A stretch of 64,000 nucleotides of DNA from assembly GCA_963693095.2 (NCBI GenBank), contig OY843768.1, positions 1,440,001 to 1,504,000 on the forward strand. Reading direction: 5' to 3'. The DNA is from Cenarchaeum sp. (GTDB taxonomy: Archaea; Thermoproteota; Nitrososphaeria; Nitrososphaerales; Nitrosopumilaceae). The translations under genes were made by a program, and so were the position numbers. The notes beneath the pieces were generated by a model. It was not told where the DNA came from and searched no databases. It saw only the letters and a list, made by a program, of their open reading frames with translations. This document shows positions 28,414 through 37,133 of this stretch, one piece after another (the stretch's first letter is position 1; the number at the start of each line of letters is the position of its first letter).

Positions 28414-29436
28414 TTACCTCGTAGACTGTGCGCGTAGGGTTTTTCTGCGCGGGTGGCGAACAATCATTCGATGGGCAGTTATATGAGGCACCATATGTTT
28501 GGCTATTTCAGAGACTATTGGAGGAACCACCGCATTGCCTAATTGTCGGTATGCGTGAGAATCGGAGACGTGTAGCTTGAAGTTTTTGGGAAAACCCATG
28601 AGTAGAGCGCATTCTTTTGGTGTAAGTCGGCGCGGGTTTTTCCGTGATCCCTGGTAGACGAGGATTTCAGCCCCATCCTTGTAGTAGCGGGCACTCAGAG
28701 TTCTTGATGCACCGTCAAGGTCAGCCAAGCCATATCCAAACCCATTTCCTTTTTTTCGGTTTCTTTCTGCATGACGTTTCAGCGCAGACCACACGCCGTC
28801 AGTTAGCGTGTATTTTGCATCCGGTGAGCTGTCCAAGATTTTTTTGAGTTTGGGGCCTGATCCGGAAAATTGCGGAAATGCAAAGTTTGTGGGCTCGGCA
28901 AACCCAACCAAGAAAAGGCGCTCCCTGTGCTGGGGAACTGCGGATCGGGCATCAATTACCTCATGGCGTATATCATAACCGAGTTTTTTCAGCTCTTTTT
29001 CGATGATCATGAGCGTTCGACCCCCATCATGTGAACGGAGATTTTTGACATTCTCCAAGAGAAATGCCCGTGGACGTTTGGCTCGGAGTATACGGACGAT
29101 CTCAAAGAACAGGTCTCCCTGTGACGAGTCAGCAAACCCGTCAGGCCTGTTCATACTTCGCTTTTTGGACACGCCGGCCAGAGAGAACGGCTGGCAGGGA
29201 AAGCCCGCCACGAGCACATCATGATCGGGTATTTCAGAGGGCCGGATTTGGCGAATGTCCCCAGATGGAACATCCCCAAAATTAGACTCATAGGTGTTGC
29301 GGGAGTGCTCGTTCAGCTCGGAGGAAAAGACACACCGCCCACCGGCCTTTTCGAATGCCATACGCATTCCCCCAATTCCGGCAAATAGATCGATGAACGT
29401 GAATTTAGATCGCTGTCTGGTAGGCAATTCTGTCAA
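28414..29436 (-). CDS. drmMII: C5-cytosine DNA methyltransferase, Dcm/M.EcoRII-like (DISARM DrmMII-like; CCWGG predicted)
   Basis: FIDLFAGIGG, GFPCQPFSLAGVSKK, ENVKNL, QHRER, KYTLT, GNGFGYG, RTLSARYYKDGAEIL, QLGNAV. Confidence 0.9.
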   Translation of the reverse strand: MTELPTRQRSKFTFIDLFAGIGGMRMAFEKAGGRCVFSSELNEHSRNTYESNFGDVPSGDIRQIRPSEIPDHDVLVAGFPCQPFSLAGVSKKRSMNRPDGFADSSQGDLFFEIVRILRAKRPRAFLLENVKNLRSHDGGRTLMIIEKELKKLGYDIRHEVIDARSAVPQHRERLFLVGFAEPTNFAFPQFSGSGPKLKKILDSSPDAKYTLTDGVWSALKRHAERNRKKGNGFGYGLADLDGASRTLSARYYKDGAEILVYQGSRKNPRRLTPKECALLMGFPKNFKLHVSDSHAYRQLGNAVVPPIVSEIAKHMVPHITAHRMIVRHPRRKTLRAQSTR

Positions 29437-29457
29437 GGCGCCGTACGGTATACTACG

Positions 29458-29463
29458 TTATAA
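29458..29463 (-). promoter_or_regulatory. Putative TATA box of the defence operon
   Basis: TTATAA 22-27 nt upstream of the MTase TTG start, typical leaderless archaeal spacing. Confidence 0.5.
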
Positions 29464-29480
29464 GGATAATGGACAACTGC

Positions 29481-29647
29481 ACAGGCGTGCGAGAACAGGC
29501 GTGCGAGAACAGGCGTGCGAGAACAGGCGTGCGAGAACAGGCGTGCGAGAACAGGCGTGCGAGAACAGGCGTGCGAGAACAGGCGTGCGAGAACAGGCGT
29601 GCGAGAACAGGCGTGCGAGAACAGGCGTGCGAGAACAGGCGTGCGAG
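29481..29647. repeat. Perfect tandem repeat (ACAGGCGTGCGAGA) x ~12
   Basis: Read directly: 14-bp unit over 167 bp, last copy lacks its final A; no spacers. Confidence 0.97.
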
Positions 29648-29692
29648 GCCAATACTGTGAATCAAATGCCAGTGTTCCATCCTGATCGCAGC

Positions 29693-32600
29693 CTAGCTTT
29701 CCGCATCACGCGTGGCCGGCGTGTAGACGACGGTCGGCGTACTAGCCGTGCCTCCAAAGTCACCGTGCGTGAGTGCAAACCCCATGTCACCCGAGAGGCG
29801 CAGTGTGCGCACAAACTCGCCTGACGCGTCATCTGCAACCCCCACGGCCGCCTCGCCGTTGACAATCCACTCAGCTGCCACAATGTCCCCGATCACAGGC
29901 TCGTCGAGGGTCACCGTTGTGACAGTCGCCGATGTCGTGTGCGCCGATGCGATCGTCGGAGGCCTAGTGTCGATCTCTATTGCTCCAGAGGCACCCTGGA
30001 CCGCAGTCGCCGTCACACCCGTCGAGCCGTCAATCGCCGTGACCTCAAAGGTGAGCAGGCCAGAAACTGCGTCGCCTGCCACCGTGTGCACGTGCGTCCA
30101 GGTCTGCCGATAGTCCCCCGGCGCGTCGACCATGGTGAGCGCAGGACCGCCGAGGATGGAGACTGTTGGGTCTGCGCTGATGCCGGCCGGCTCGTTGAGC
30201 GTTGCAGTGATGACAATGTCATGGCCGATGCCGGCCGTGCGCGCGCCCAGGCCGCTCCGCTGCACCTTTGGCGTCTGCACGCTGTCGTCATCGTCCTCCA
30301 CCACAATGGCCGAGACGGCAACGGTGAGCGCAGTCGTATCGGTGCCGGCCGGAATTGTTCCAGAGACTGCAGTCGACATGCGCGGCAGGTATGCCTGGCA
30401 CACCGGATCTATTGTGTCGCTGTGCAGGCATGTGCGCTCTGTCTCAAAGTTTGGCGTGGCGACCGGAAGGTATCGCACTGTCGGAGCAACGTCTGCCGGC
30501 TGGGCCGAGGTGTCCGGAAGTGTGAGGGACATGCTTATGCCGTCGGCAGAGAGTTTATGGGACGCAAACTCTAGGTGGCGCGCGACGTCACCGGCCGCAC
30601 CAGGAAACGTCGCAGGCGTCAGGTCTATTATCCAGCTCGATGGCGTGGACTCGGCAAATCCTAGCAGCCGTTCTGTGAACGTGACTGTCATCGTTGTCGG
30701 TGACGTGAGCGCCGCCGTGAATGCCGGAACGAGATTCGTGCCAAACCGGAACGGAATATTCACAAGCTGCGGGTTGTCAGCCGGTGTCAGGTCACCGGCA
30801 ATATGCCTCTTTAGCGTCGTGGGGATGGTGACTGTGTGCGACGGAGCCGATGGTCTTGTCGCATCGAGCTGAATCGAGACGTACGATCCGTCGGCCTCGG
30901 CGGCGCTGACGGTTCCGTCAAACGCAGCTCCTATGGCGGCGTCGGACGGCAGCGCACCTCGTTCAGGCATCACGCGCAGCGTCCCCCACGGACCGTCCGT
31001 GCGCGAGGCCGGATGCGGCGGATCGGCAAGCGTCCGGCGATCAGGGGCGTTGCCCGGAAAGTAGACTAGCACGCGCGAGGCGTCTGGTGAGGCATCAGAC
31101 GGGATGATGCGCAGTGACACGGACTCTTGCGAGCCGGCAAACGCAGAGCCGTCTGAGCCCATTATCGTCGGCGGCAGGCGGACAGAGTATGCGACGTCGC
31201 CCCTGGCCTCGTACGTGCTGCCACGCTCATCGACGAGCGAGACGACTAGCGTTCGCGGGCCGTCAGGCGCGACCCTGTTGGATATGGGAAGCGGCGGGAT
31301 CGGCAGGCATTGGGGCTGGAGGCTGCCCTGTGCAGAGCACGCTGGATCCTCGGGCATGTCCGGCGGCGCCTCGCCCCGCACGACGTCAAGCGAAGAGGGC
31401 ACCGAGGAGTGGTCGATATCGGCGCCAAAGAGGACGCGAATCTCGCCATATGCGGCAAACTCGGCACTCACCACGCGAGGCGGGCCGGCGACTGCCACAG
31501 TCACCGGCGAGGCCAGCGCGTTTGCGGGCTGCGCGGTGTCCACTATGGAGAGCCGTCGTGTCGTGTCAGCCGGCGCGTACATTATCGACACCCCCTCGCC
31601 GAGCGTCGCGTGATCGGTGGCAGTCGCACCTAGCGTGACTGTGCGTCGCGCAAGGTCCACCATAACTGATGACGGCACGATTCCCTCGGGGCTCGACCCG
31701 GAGACGAGGCGCCAGTCATCTGCAATGGGAGCCGACTTTGTCGGCGCGAGCATGACGGCTTCGCTGAACGTGACCACATAGGATGGCGCAGACTCGTCAA
31801 ACGGGTCAGCACGGTGCGCCGTAAACTCTGGGGGCGCGCCGTCTGTGGCCAGCGTGTCAAAGACACGAAGCGGCAGGTGGCCGTCTCGTGACAGGCTGTC
31901 AGAGACATCAGAGTATATCACGCGCGGCTGCTGGCCGGTCGAGTCTAGCGCGCTGTGCGTTATGGTCATCGTCGTGACCGGCGAGCCCTGTGGTATCGTG
32001 TGCGCAGAGCCCGCAGTGACCATCGACGTCCCGACATATATGGCATCAATTGCACCATCGACAATGCTGTCATCGTCATGGTCCATGGACCAGTCACCAA
32101 TCTCGATCGTTCCGGACACTGCAGGAGTGAACGTGACGACTGTCATAGTCGCCGTCGCAGTCCGTGCGCTAAACGGGATCGTGTACGTGGCCTGGTGCGT
32201 GAGCGCCTCTCCCAGCGTGTTGGGCGTTGGGGACGCCGCGTCGCGCACGCCAGTCGAGAACGTCAGCGTCGGCGAGCCCTCCCTGCGCTGCGGCACGACG
32301 TATGCCACAAGCTCGCGACCCTCGGACTTTACGCCGGTGATCATGTACGGCGCCGAGATGGCGACCCAGTCCAGTGACGCGCTGCCCAGCGGCTCGCTGA
32401 ACGTGGCGGTGACCTGGAGGCCATACGCGTCAAACCCGTGGGACACCAGGGTAGGCGGCGCGCCATCACGGGCCATCACGGGCAGAGCGCCAGTCGAGCC
32501 CACGCGCAGCGTGCCGTCCTGCCCGCCGCTCAGGCCGCCAGAGGCAGGGGCGGTGTACGAAACCTCGGGCGTCGAGGCAGTCGAGCCAAGCTCGCCATGG

Positions 32601-33577
32601 AATATCATGAGCGTCGAGCGCGCCGACTGGCCGGGGATGGCAAGGGATTCAGAGCCTGCCGTGCCGACTCCCGTGACGGCAATGTCTGGCGCCGACGAGC
32701 CGCGCTCGCCAATGCCCCATTCGCCAGGCTCGGTGGTTCCCGAGACCGGCCTGTCAAACGTGATTACAGTCGATGTCCTCGTCGACGTCTCTGCCGTGAA
32801 GGCGATCGACGCGGTGTATGACGCCGAGACGGTCTGCGCGGCCGGCGCGTTGCCGGCCCTGTCCCTGATCTTGGATGGCAGCCTTATCGTGTGCTCTACG
32901 CCCTGGGCTGCATCAGAGGCTAGCGTGAGCGTGATCCTTGACTGACCCAGCTGGACGACGTGCGGTGCCGAGCCGTCAAGCTCCACGTCATCTGTGCCCA
33001 CAGTGACGCCGTACTCGTAGCGATAGACGCGCTGGGAGAACTGCAGGGCCTCATCAAAGGCGAGCACGATCGTGTCAGCCGCCGTGAACTGTGCAGTTGC
33101 GGTGGGTCGCGTGACGTCGATGGTTGGCAGGAGGAGGCCGACGTTCTCTGGAAGGTTCTGCGCAGGCGTGATGGTCATCCCCTGCTCGCCGGGCAGCGTT
33201 ATCGTGAACGTGAACGCCGAGCCTGCAGTTGGCATCAGACTCCCGGCTACGACATAGTCATGGTACCATGTCGAGTCGTTGCCATCACGATCGTACATCG
33301 TCGCATCCGTGACGCCGGTGATCTCGCCTCCGGCGATCGTTATCGTCGGTGGCGAGTCGATTCCCGCATCAAGCCTAAGATACGTGCGGATTGTGTCGCC
33401 AATGCCAGCGTATGACTTGTAGTCGCCGATCTTTTCGAGGCCCACTCGCGGCGGAACTGGATCAAGAACCGAGAACGTCAGCGATATCGTACTCGGCTCG
33501 GCGTGCGCACCACCATGCGCAAGGGTGGCGAGGAGCGCGGCGGCCATGACGCACACAACTGTCATGCTGCCGTTCAT
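29693..33577 (-). CDS. Large secreted/surface protein with repeated Ig-like beta-sandwich modules, possibly C-terminally truncated
   Basis: Signal peptide ending AHGGAHA; ~5 copies of FTA-x-T..VTF...V-G....W module; 2 copies of AGIG-x-I...PT-I-GG...TW-H-V-G; Thr/Ser/Pro-rich; start approximate. Confidence 0.8.
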   Translation of the reverse strand: MNGSMTVVCVMAAALLATLAHGGAHAEPSTISLTFSVLDPVPPRVGLEKIGDYKSYAGIGDTIRTYLRLDAGIDSPPTITIAGGEITGVTDATMYDRDGNDSTWYHDYVVAGSLMPTAGSAFTFTITLPGEQGMTITPAQNLPENVGLLLPTIDVTRPTATAQFTAADTIVLAFDEALQFSQRVYRYEYGVTVGTDDVELDGSAPHVVQLGQSRITLTLASDAAQGVEHTIRLPSKIRDRAGNAPAAQTVSASYTASIAFTAETSTRTSTVITFDRPVSGTTEPGEWGIGERGSSAPDIAVTGVGTAGSESLAIPGQSARSTLMIFHGELGSTASTPEVSYTAPASGGLSGGQDGTLRVGSTGALPVMARDGAPPTLVSHGFDAYGLQVTATFSEPLGSASLDWVAISAPYMITGVKSEGRELVAYVVPQRREGSPTLTFSTGVRDAASPTPNTLGEALTHQATYTIPFSARTATATMTVVTFTPAVSGTIEIGDWSMDHDDDSIVDGAIDAIYVGTSMVTAGSAHTIPQGSPVTTMTITHSALDSTGQQPRVIYSDVSDSLSRDGHLPLRVFDTLATDGAPPEFTAHRADPFDESAPSYVVTFSEAVMLAPTKSAPIADDWRLVSGSSPEGIVPSSVMVDLARRTVTLGATATDHATLGEGVSIMYAPADTTRRLSIVDTAQPANALASPVTVAVAGPPRVVSAEFAAYGEIRVLFGADIDHSSVPSSLDVVRGEAPPDMPEDPACSAQGSLQPQCLPIPPLPISNRVAPDGPRTLVVSLVDERGSTYEARGDVAYSVRLPPTIMGSDGSAFAGSQESVSLRIIPSDASPDASRVLVYFPGNAPDRRTLADPPHPASRTDGPWGTLRVMPERGALPSDAAIGAAFDGTVSAAEADGSYVSIQLDATRPSAPSHTVTIPTTLKRHIAGDLTPADNPQLVNIPFRFGTNLVPAFTAALTSPTTMTVTFTERLLGFAESTPSSWIIDLTPATFPGAAGDVARHLEFASHKLSADGISMSLTLPDTSAQPADVAPTVRYLPVATPNFETERTCLHSDTIDPVCQAYLPRMSTAVSGTIPAGTDTTALTVAVSAIVVEDDDDSVQTPKVQRSGLGARTAGIGHDIVITATLNEPAGISADPTVSILGGPALTMVDAPGDYRQTWTHVHTVAGDAVSGLLTFEVTAIDGSTGVTATAVQGASGAIEIDTRPPTIASAHTTSATVTTVTLDEPVIGDIVAAEWIVNGEAAVGVADDASGEFVRTLRLSGDMGFALTHGDFGGTASTPTVVYTPATRDAES

Positions 33578-33641
33578 CGTGACGCAATAGTCCTTTCGCA
33601 CTTTTTAGTGTAATTGCGCCGTGCGCACGTCGACGTCACGG

Positions 33642-36410
33642 CTATTTCCCGCTGTCGGCCCATCGCCCCAATGCGTCTCGCCGTTGCCCAATTGCGCGAA
33701 CCACGAGTAGCGGCGTGGCGACGGCGATGACGGCGATGAGTGGGGCGGCGAGCTCGGCATAGGACACCTCGGTGGATGACGACGGCGCATCGCGCAGGAC
33801 AGTCGATGCGAGCGCAGATATCTCGACGACCCCTATGCGTGCGGCCCCCGGCGCGGCATACCAGATGTTTCCCTCCGAGTCGACTGCGGTAAACTGGGCC
33901 TGCGCTCTCGGCGTCGGGAGCGCGACGCTGACGAGCTCGCCAGAGGCGTCGTTGTGAAGCCCAAGCGCATCGACTGTGTGCTGCGCAAACCACGCGTTGC
34001 GGTGCCTGTCAAAGGAGACCGAGTTGGGCAGCGCGCCTGCGTCAGTGGCCATGACACGCGTAAATGTTCCAAGGAGCGGATCAAGGCGCGCAACGCCCCC
34101 TCCCTCGGTGTGCTCAGAAACCCAGAGCCCGCCGTGCGGCCCGAACGTGAGCGTCTCGGCGGTTCGCAGGGGCGGGTCGGGGGCAAACTCGACGATCTCG
34201 CCGCTTGCCATGTCAATGCGGCCGACCTTGCCTCCGGTCAGCTCGGCAAACCACATCCCGCCGCGCGGTCCCTCGGCGAGGCCAAACGGCCGCGACTCGG
34301 GCGTCGGCGAAGCATGCGCGATGAACTCGCGCGTTGCCGGATCGTGCTCGAGGACCGCGTTCCAGTTGGGCACGCTCACCCAGACAGTGCCGTCGCGCGC
34401 AGCATGTATCCACGTCGGCGTGGCTCGCAAGCCGTCAGGCCCGAGGCCGTCGGGAATCGCAGTTGTGCCTATCGCGCGCGTCTGCGCGTCGATCGACCCA
34501 ATGAGGGCTGACCGGCTGTCGGCAAACCAGACCGTCCGGTCATCGCCCACGCTAACGATCAGCGATCCGGTTCCCTCAAACTCGTGCGCGGCAAACTCGC
34601 CGGTCTGGCGATCCAGGCTCCAGACGCGCGGCATCGACGGGTCGCTGATCCAGACCGTCTGGCCGTCGTGTGCGAGATGGAGCGGAACTGCGCCGTCTGG
34701 CATTACATGCTCGGTTATCTCTATACCGAGCTCGGAGGCCAGGGGTCGCGCAAAGGCGCCGATGCGAACCGACTCGTTTGCCGCACCAGACCGGATCGCC
34801 TCGACGTCAATGTCCCACGCGCCCCAGAACCCAAGGGTGAGCTCGCCGGTGTGCACGCCGCCGTCGTCCTCGACCTTGACCTCGATGGGTGCGATCGCGC
34901 GCTGAGGGCTAGAGACCTTTACGCGAACCTCCTCGAGGTCATCGAGTGGCTCGCCGTCGGTGCCCGTGACGCCCACGCTGATCGTGTTGGGGCCGGCGGC
35001 GAGCGGCCAGAGCGAGACGCCAAAGGCCGCGCGCGCCGAGAACTCGGTCACCTCAAGGCCAACGGGCGCCGGCGGGGCATAGTCTGTGGCCTCGCCTCCC
35101 GGAAGTGTCGTGTTGGTGAGGAGCGCCACGGCTGCCAGGAGGGCCACGCCGAGGGTCGCCTCTAGGCGCAGGGAGCGCGTGAGGCGCACGACGGCGCGCC
35201 GGGCCCCGCGCGCGATGACTGACGAGTTGTATGCGCCGATTGCCACCATGGTCGCGGCGATGGCGATCTTTGCGGCGAGGATCGCCCCGTATGTGGAGCC
35301 CACGATGGCCATGACGCTGTCCTCAAGGAGCCACATCAGCAGCGGTCCGGTTATGGCCGCCACGCCGACGCACGTGACAAATATTGCCGAGAGCGTCGGT
35401 ATGGCCACCAGTGCGGCCTCGTCGGCCCGCTCGCCGAGGCGCCTGAGGGCAGGCATGACGGCGAGGAGGAGGTATGCGACGCCCCCAATCCAGACACCGG
35501 CGATCACATTGTGCGCATAGTCTAGCACAGCAGCTCCCTCACTGCTCGCCGAGCCGTGCCCGACCATAGTCATCGTGGCCGCAAGGGCCATGCCGAGTGC
35601 CGCAAAGGCCGCAATCCACGGCCTGCTCGGGCCCCCTCGCCGCTCGGCGACAAACCATACGGCAAGCAGTGCCACAGTTATCGCCATCCTTGCGGCAATC
35701 GTGCCGCCAAACGTCGTGCCCAGCGCGTCGATGACTGAGGCCTCGAGGCGAAACGACTGCGCGGCGAGCATGAAAACGTTGGAGGCCAGGACCATGATCG
35801 CACCGGCGCCGACTAGCATCATAAAGCGCGAGTGATGAACCGACTCGGCCTCGCGCGCAATGCCCAGCGCACGCCATGTCGTGGCGGTGATGAGCATCGC
35901 GACGGCAGCCCCGATAATGACGCTCTGCCCGATGAGTCCGGGCAGGCGCGCTGCGGCCTCTGGAAGAAAGACCTGTGCGGTGGGCGCGACGGACTCGGCG
36001 GCGGCCGCATCGATCGTGGCGCCGCCGACTGCAAAGATGAACGCGCCGCCGACGAGGTGTCCGTCAACTCGCGACAGGACGCTGCTAGCAACGGTGTAAA
36101 CACCGTCATCTAGCGGCGACGTCGTGACCCTCAGGGACACGTCGCCCTCGTGGTATGCCGTGTCCCCATTGTCAACCCTGCTGCCGGCCGAGTCGTACAC
36201 CTTGAGCGAGCTAAAGTCGAGCTCGACTCCCTCAGAGTACCACACCGTCACGTGATCGGTGCCCAGCGGGGCACTAGAGAGGCGCTGCGGCATCGTCTCC
36301 TCGATGAACGGGTGTGCCCATGCCGACGGGGACATGACGGTGAGGATGGCGAGTGCGGCCAGCGCAATGACTGCCCTGTGAACCATGCGTCGGCACGCGA
36401 GATCAGGCAA
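33642..36410 (-). CDS. CopC/CopD copper-binding fusion protein with Vgb-like beta-propeller and C-terminal TM
   Basis: Signal peptide then AH-P (His1 CopC), VLSRVDGH; CopD TM region (GH, HNVIAGVWIGG, STYGAILAAK, EATLG); repeated G-x-W-F/V propeller blades. Confidence 0.87.
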   Translation of the reverse strand: MPDLACRRMVHRAVIALAALAILTVMSPSAWAHPFIEETMPQRLSSAPLGTDHVTVWYSEGVELDFSSLKVYDSAGSRVDNGDTAYHEGDVSLRVTTSPLDDGVYTVASSVLSRVDGHLVGGAFIFAVGGATIDAAAAESVAPTAQVFLPEAAARLPGLIGQSVIIGAAVAMLITATTWRALGIAREAESVHHSRFMMLVGAGAIMVLASNVFMLAAQSFRLEASVIDALGTTFGGTIAARMAITVALLAVWFVAERRGGPSRPWIAAFAALGMALAATMTMVGHGSASSEGAAVLDYAHNVIAGVWIGGVAYLLLAVMPALRRLGERADEAALVAIPTLSAIFVTCVGVAAITGPLLMWLLEDSVMAIVGSTYGAILAAKIAIAATMVAIGAYNSSVIARGARRAVVRLTRSLRLEATLGVALLAAVALLTNTTLPGGEATDYAPPAPVGLEVTEFSARAAFGVSLWPLAAGPNTISVGVTGTDGEPLDDLEEVRVKVSSPQRAIAPIEVKVEDDGGVHTGELTLGFWGAWDIDVEAIRSGAANESVRIGAFARPLASELGIEITEHVMPDGAVPLHLAHDGQTVWISDPSMPRVWSLDRQTGEFAAHEFEGTGSLIVSVGDDRTVWFADSRSALIGSIDAQTRAIGTTAIPDGLGPDGLRATPTWIHAARDGTVWVSVPNWNAVLEHDPATREFIAHASPTPESRPFGLAEGPRGGMWFAELTGGKVGRIDMASGEIVEFAPDPPLRTAETLTFGPHGGLWVSEHTEGGGVARLDPLLGTFTRVMATDAGALPNSVSFDRHRNAWFAQHTVDALGLHNDASGELVSVALPTPRAQAQFTAVDSEGNIWYAAPGAARIGVVEISALASTVLRDAPSSSTEVSYAELAAPLIAVIAVATPLLVVRAIGQRRDALGRWADSGK

Positions 36411-36437
36411 TTTAAAGAGTGGGCCGTGCGGTGCGCC

Positions 36438-37121
36438 TCACAGGCCAAATTCTGACTTTATGTTGCGATAGAGCAGGCGCATGTTCTCGTTGACTGCATG
36501 AATCCTTGTCGCAGCCTCGGCACCGATGGCCTCGGCGTCGGCCCTCGATATTCCCCCCTTTGCGCGCGATGCGGCATCAAGCCACGAGCGAACCATCCCT
36601 GGTCCGACCTCTAGGTGAAACTGGACGCCGAGTGCGCGGCCGATGCAGAACGCCTGGTTCTCGTATGACGCCGAGTGCGCGAGGCGTGTTGCGCCATCGG
36701 GCAGGCCAAACGTGTCATTGTGCCAGTGGAATGCCGCAAAGGGGCTCTTGAATCCTGCCATGATGCCGTCCTGCGTGTCTGGCACCAGGTCGCCATAGAA
36801 TCCAATCTCGGGTTTTGGGCCGCGCCAGACGCGCGCGCCGAGCGCACGGGCCAGGAGCTGTGAGCCAAAGCATATCCCGATGATCGGAATGTCCTGATCA
36901 ACGCACGAGCGCATGAGCGACTCCTCCTCGCGCAGGTACGCCAGGTCGTCGTTTGCGCCCTCGGGGGCGCCGAGTGCCACGAGGAGCTCAAAGCCCTCGT
37001 GCGGGATGCTGCCGAGGCGCGCATCGACTGTGTGGAGCTCAAAGCCGTCATCCTCAAGGAGGCTGCCGAGGAGTCCGGGACCCTCAAGTGGCGAGTTTTG
37101 CAGCACGAGCGCCCGCGTCAT
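36438..37121 (-). CDS. Type 1 glutamine amidotransferase
   Basis: GICFGSQLLA, WHNDTF, QFHLE triad. Confidence 0.9.
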   Translation of the reverse strand: MTRALVLQNSPLEGPGLLGSLLEDDGFELHTVDARLGSIPHEGFELLVALGAPEGANDDLAYLREEESLMRSCVDQDIPIIGICFGSQLLARALGARVWRGPKPEIGFYGDLVPDTQDGIMAGFKSPFAAFHWHNDTFGLPDGATRLAHSASYENQAFCIGRALGVQFHLEVGPGMVRSWLDAASRAKGGISRADAEAIGAEAATRIHAVNENMRLLYRNIKSEFGL

Positions 37122-37133
37122 TGCGGCGCGACC

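Larger units (their letters stand above)
20030..29470. other. Low-GC horizontally acquired defence island (DISARM class II-like)
   Basis: Abrupt shift from GC-rich host DNA to visibly AT-rich DNA; five co-oriented minus-strand genes; no integrase, transposase or flanking direct repeats seen. Confidence 0.9.

Noticed and set aside
20030-29470. Prophage, integrative element or IS
   Set aside because: No integrase, transposase, structural genes, terminal inverted repeats, att duplications or adjacent tRNA found
29481-29647. CRISPR array
   Set aside because: Units are 14 bp, head-to-tail, with no unique spacers, and no cas genes are in the window
29294-29883. ORFs with repeated peptides (RARTGVREQACENR / LARLFSHACSRTPV)
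   Set aside because: Artefacts of the stop-free 14-bp repeat, open in several frames on both strands
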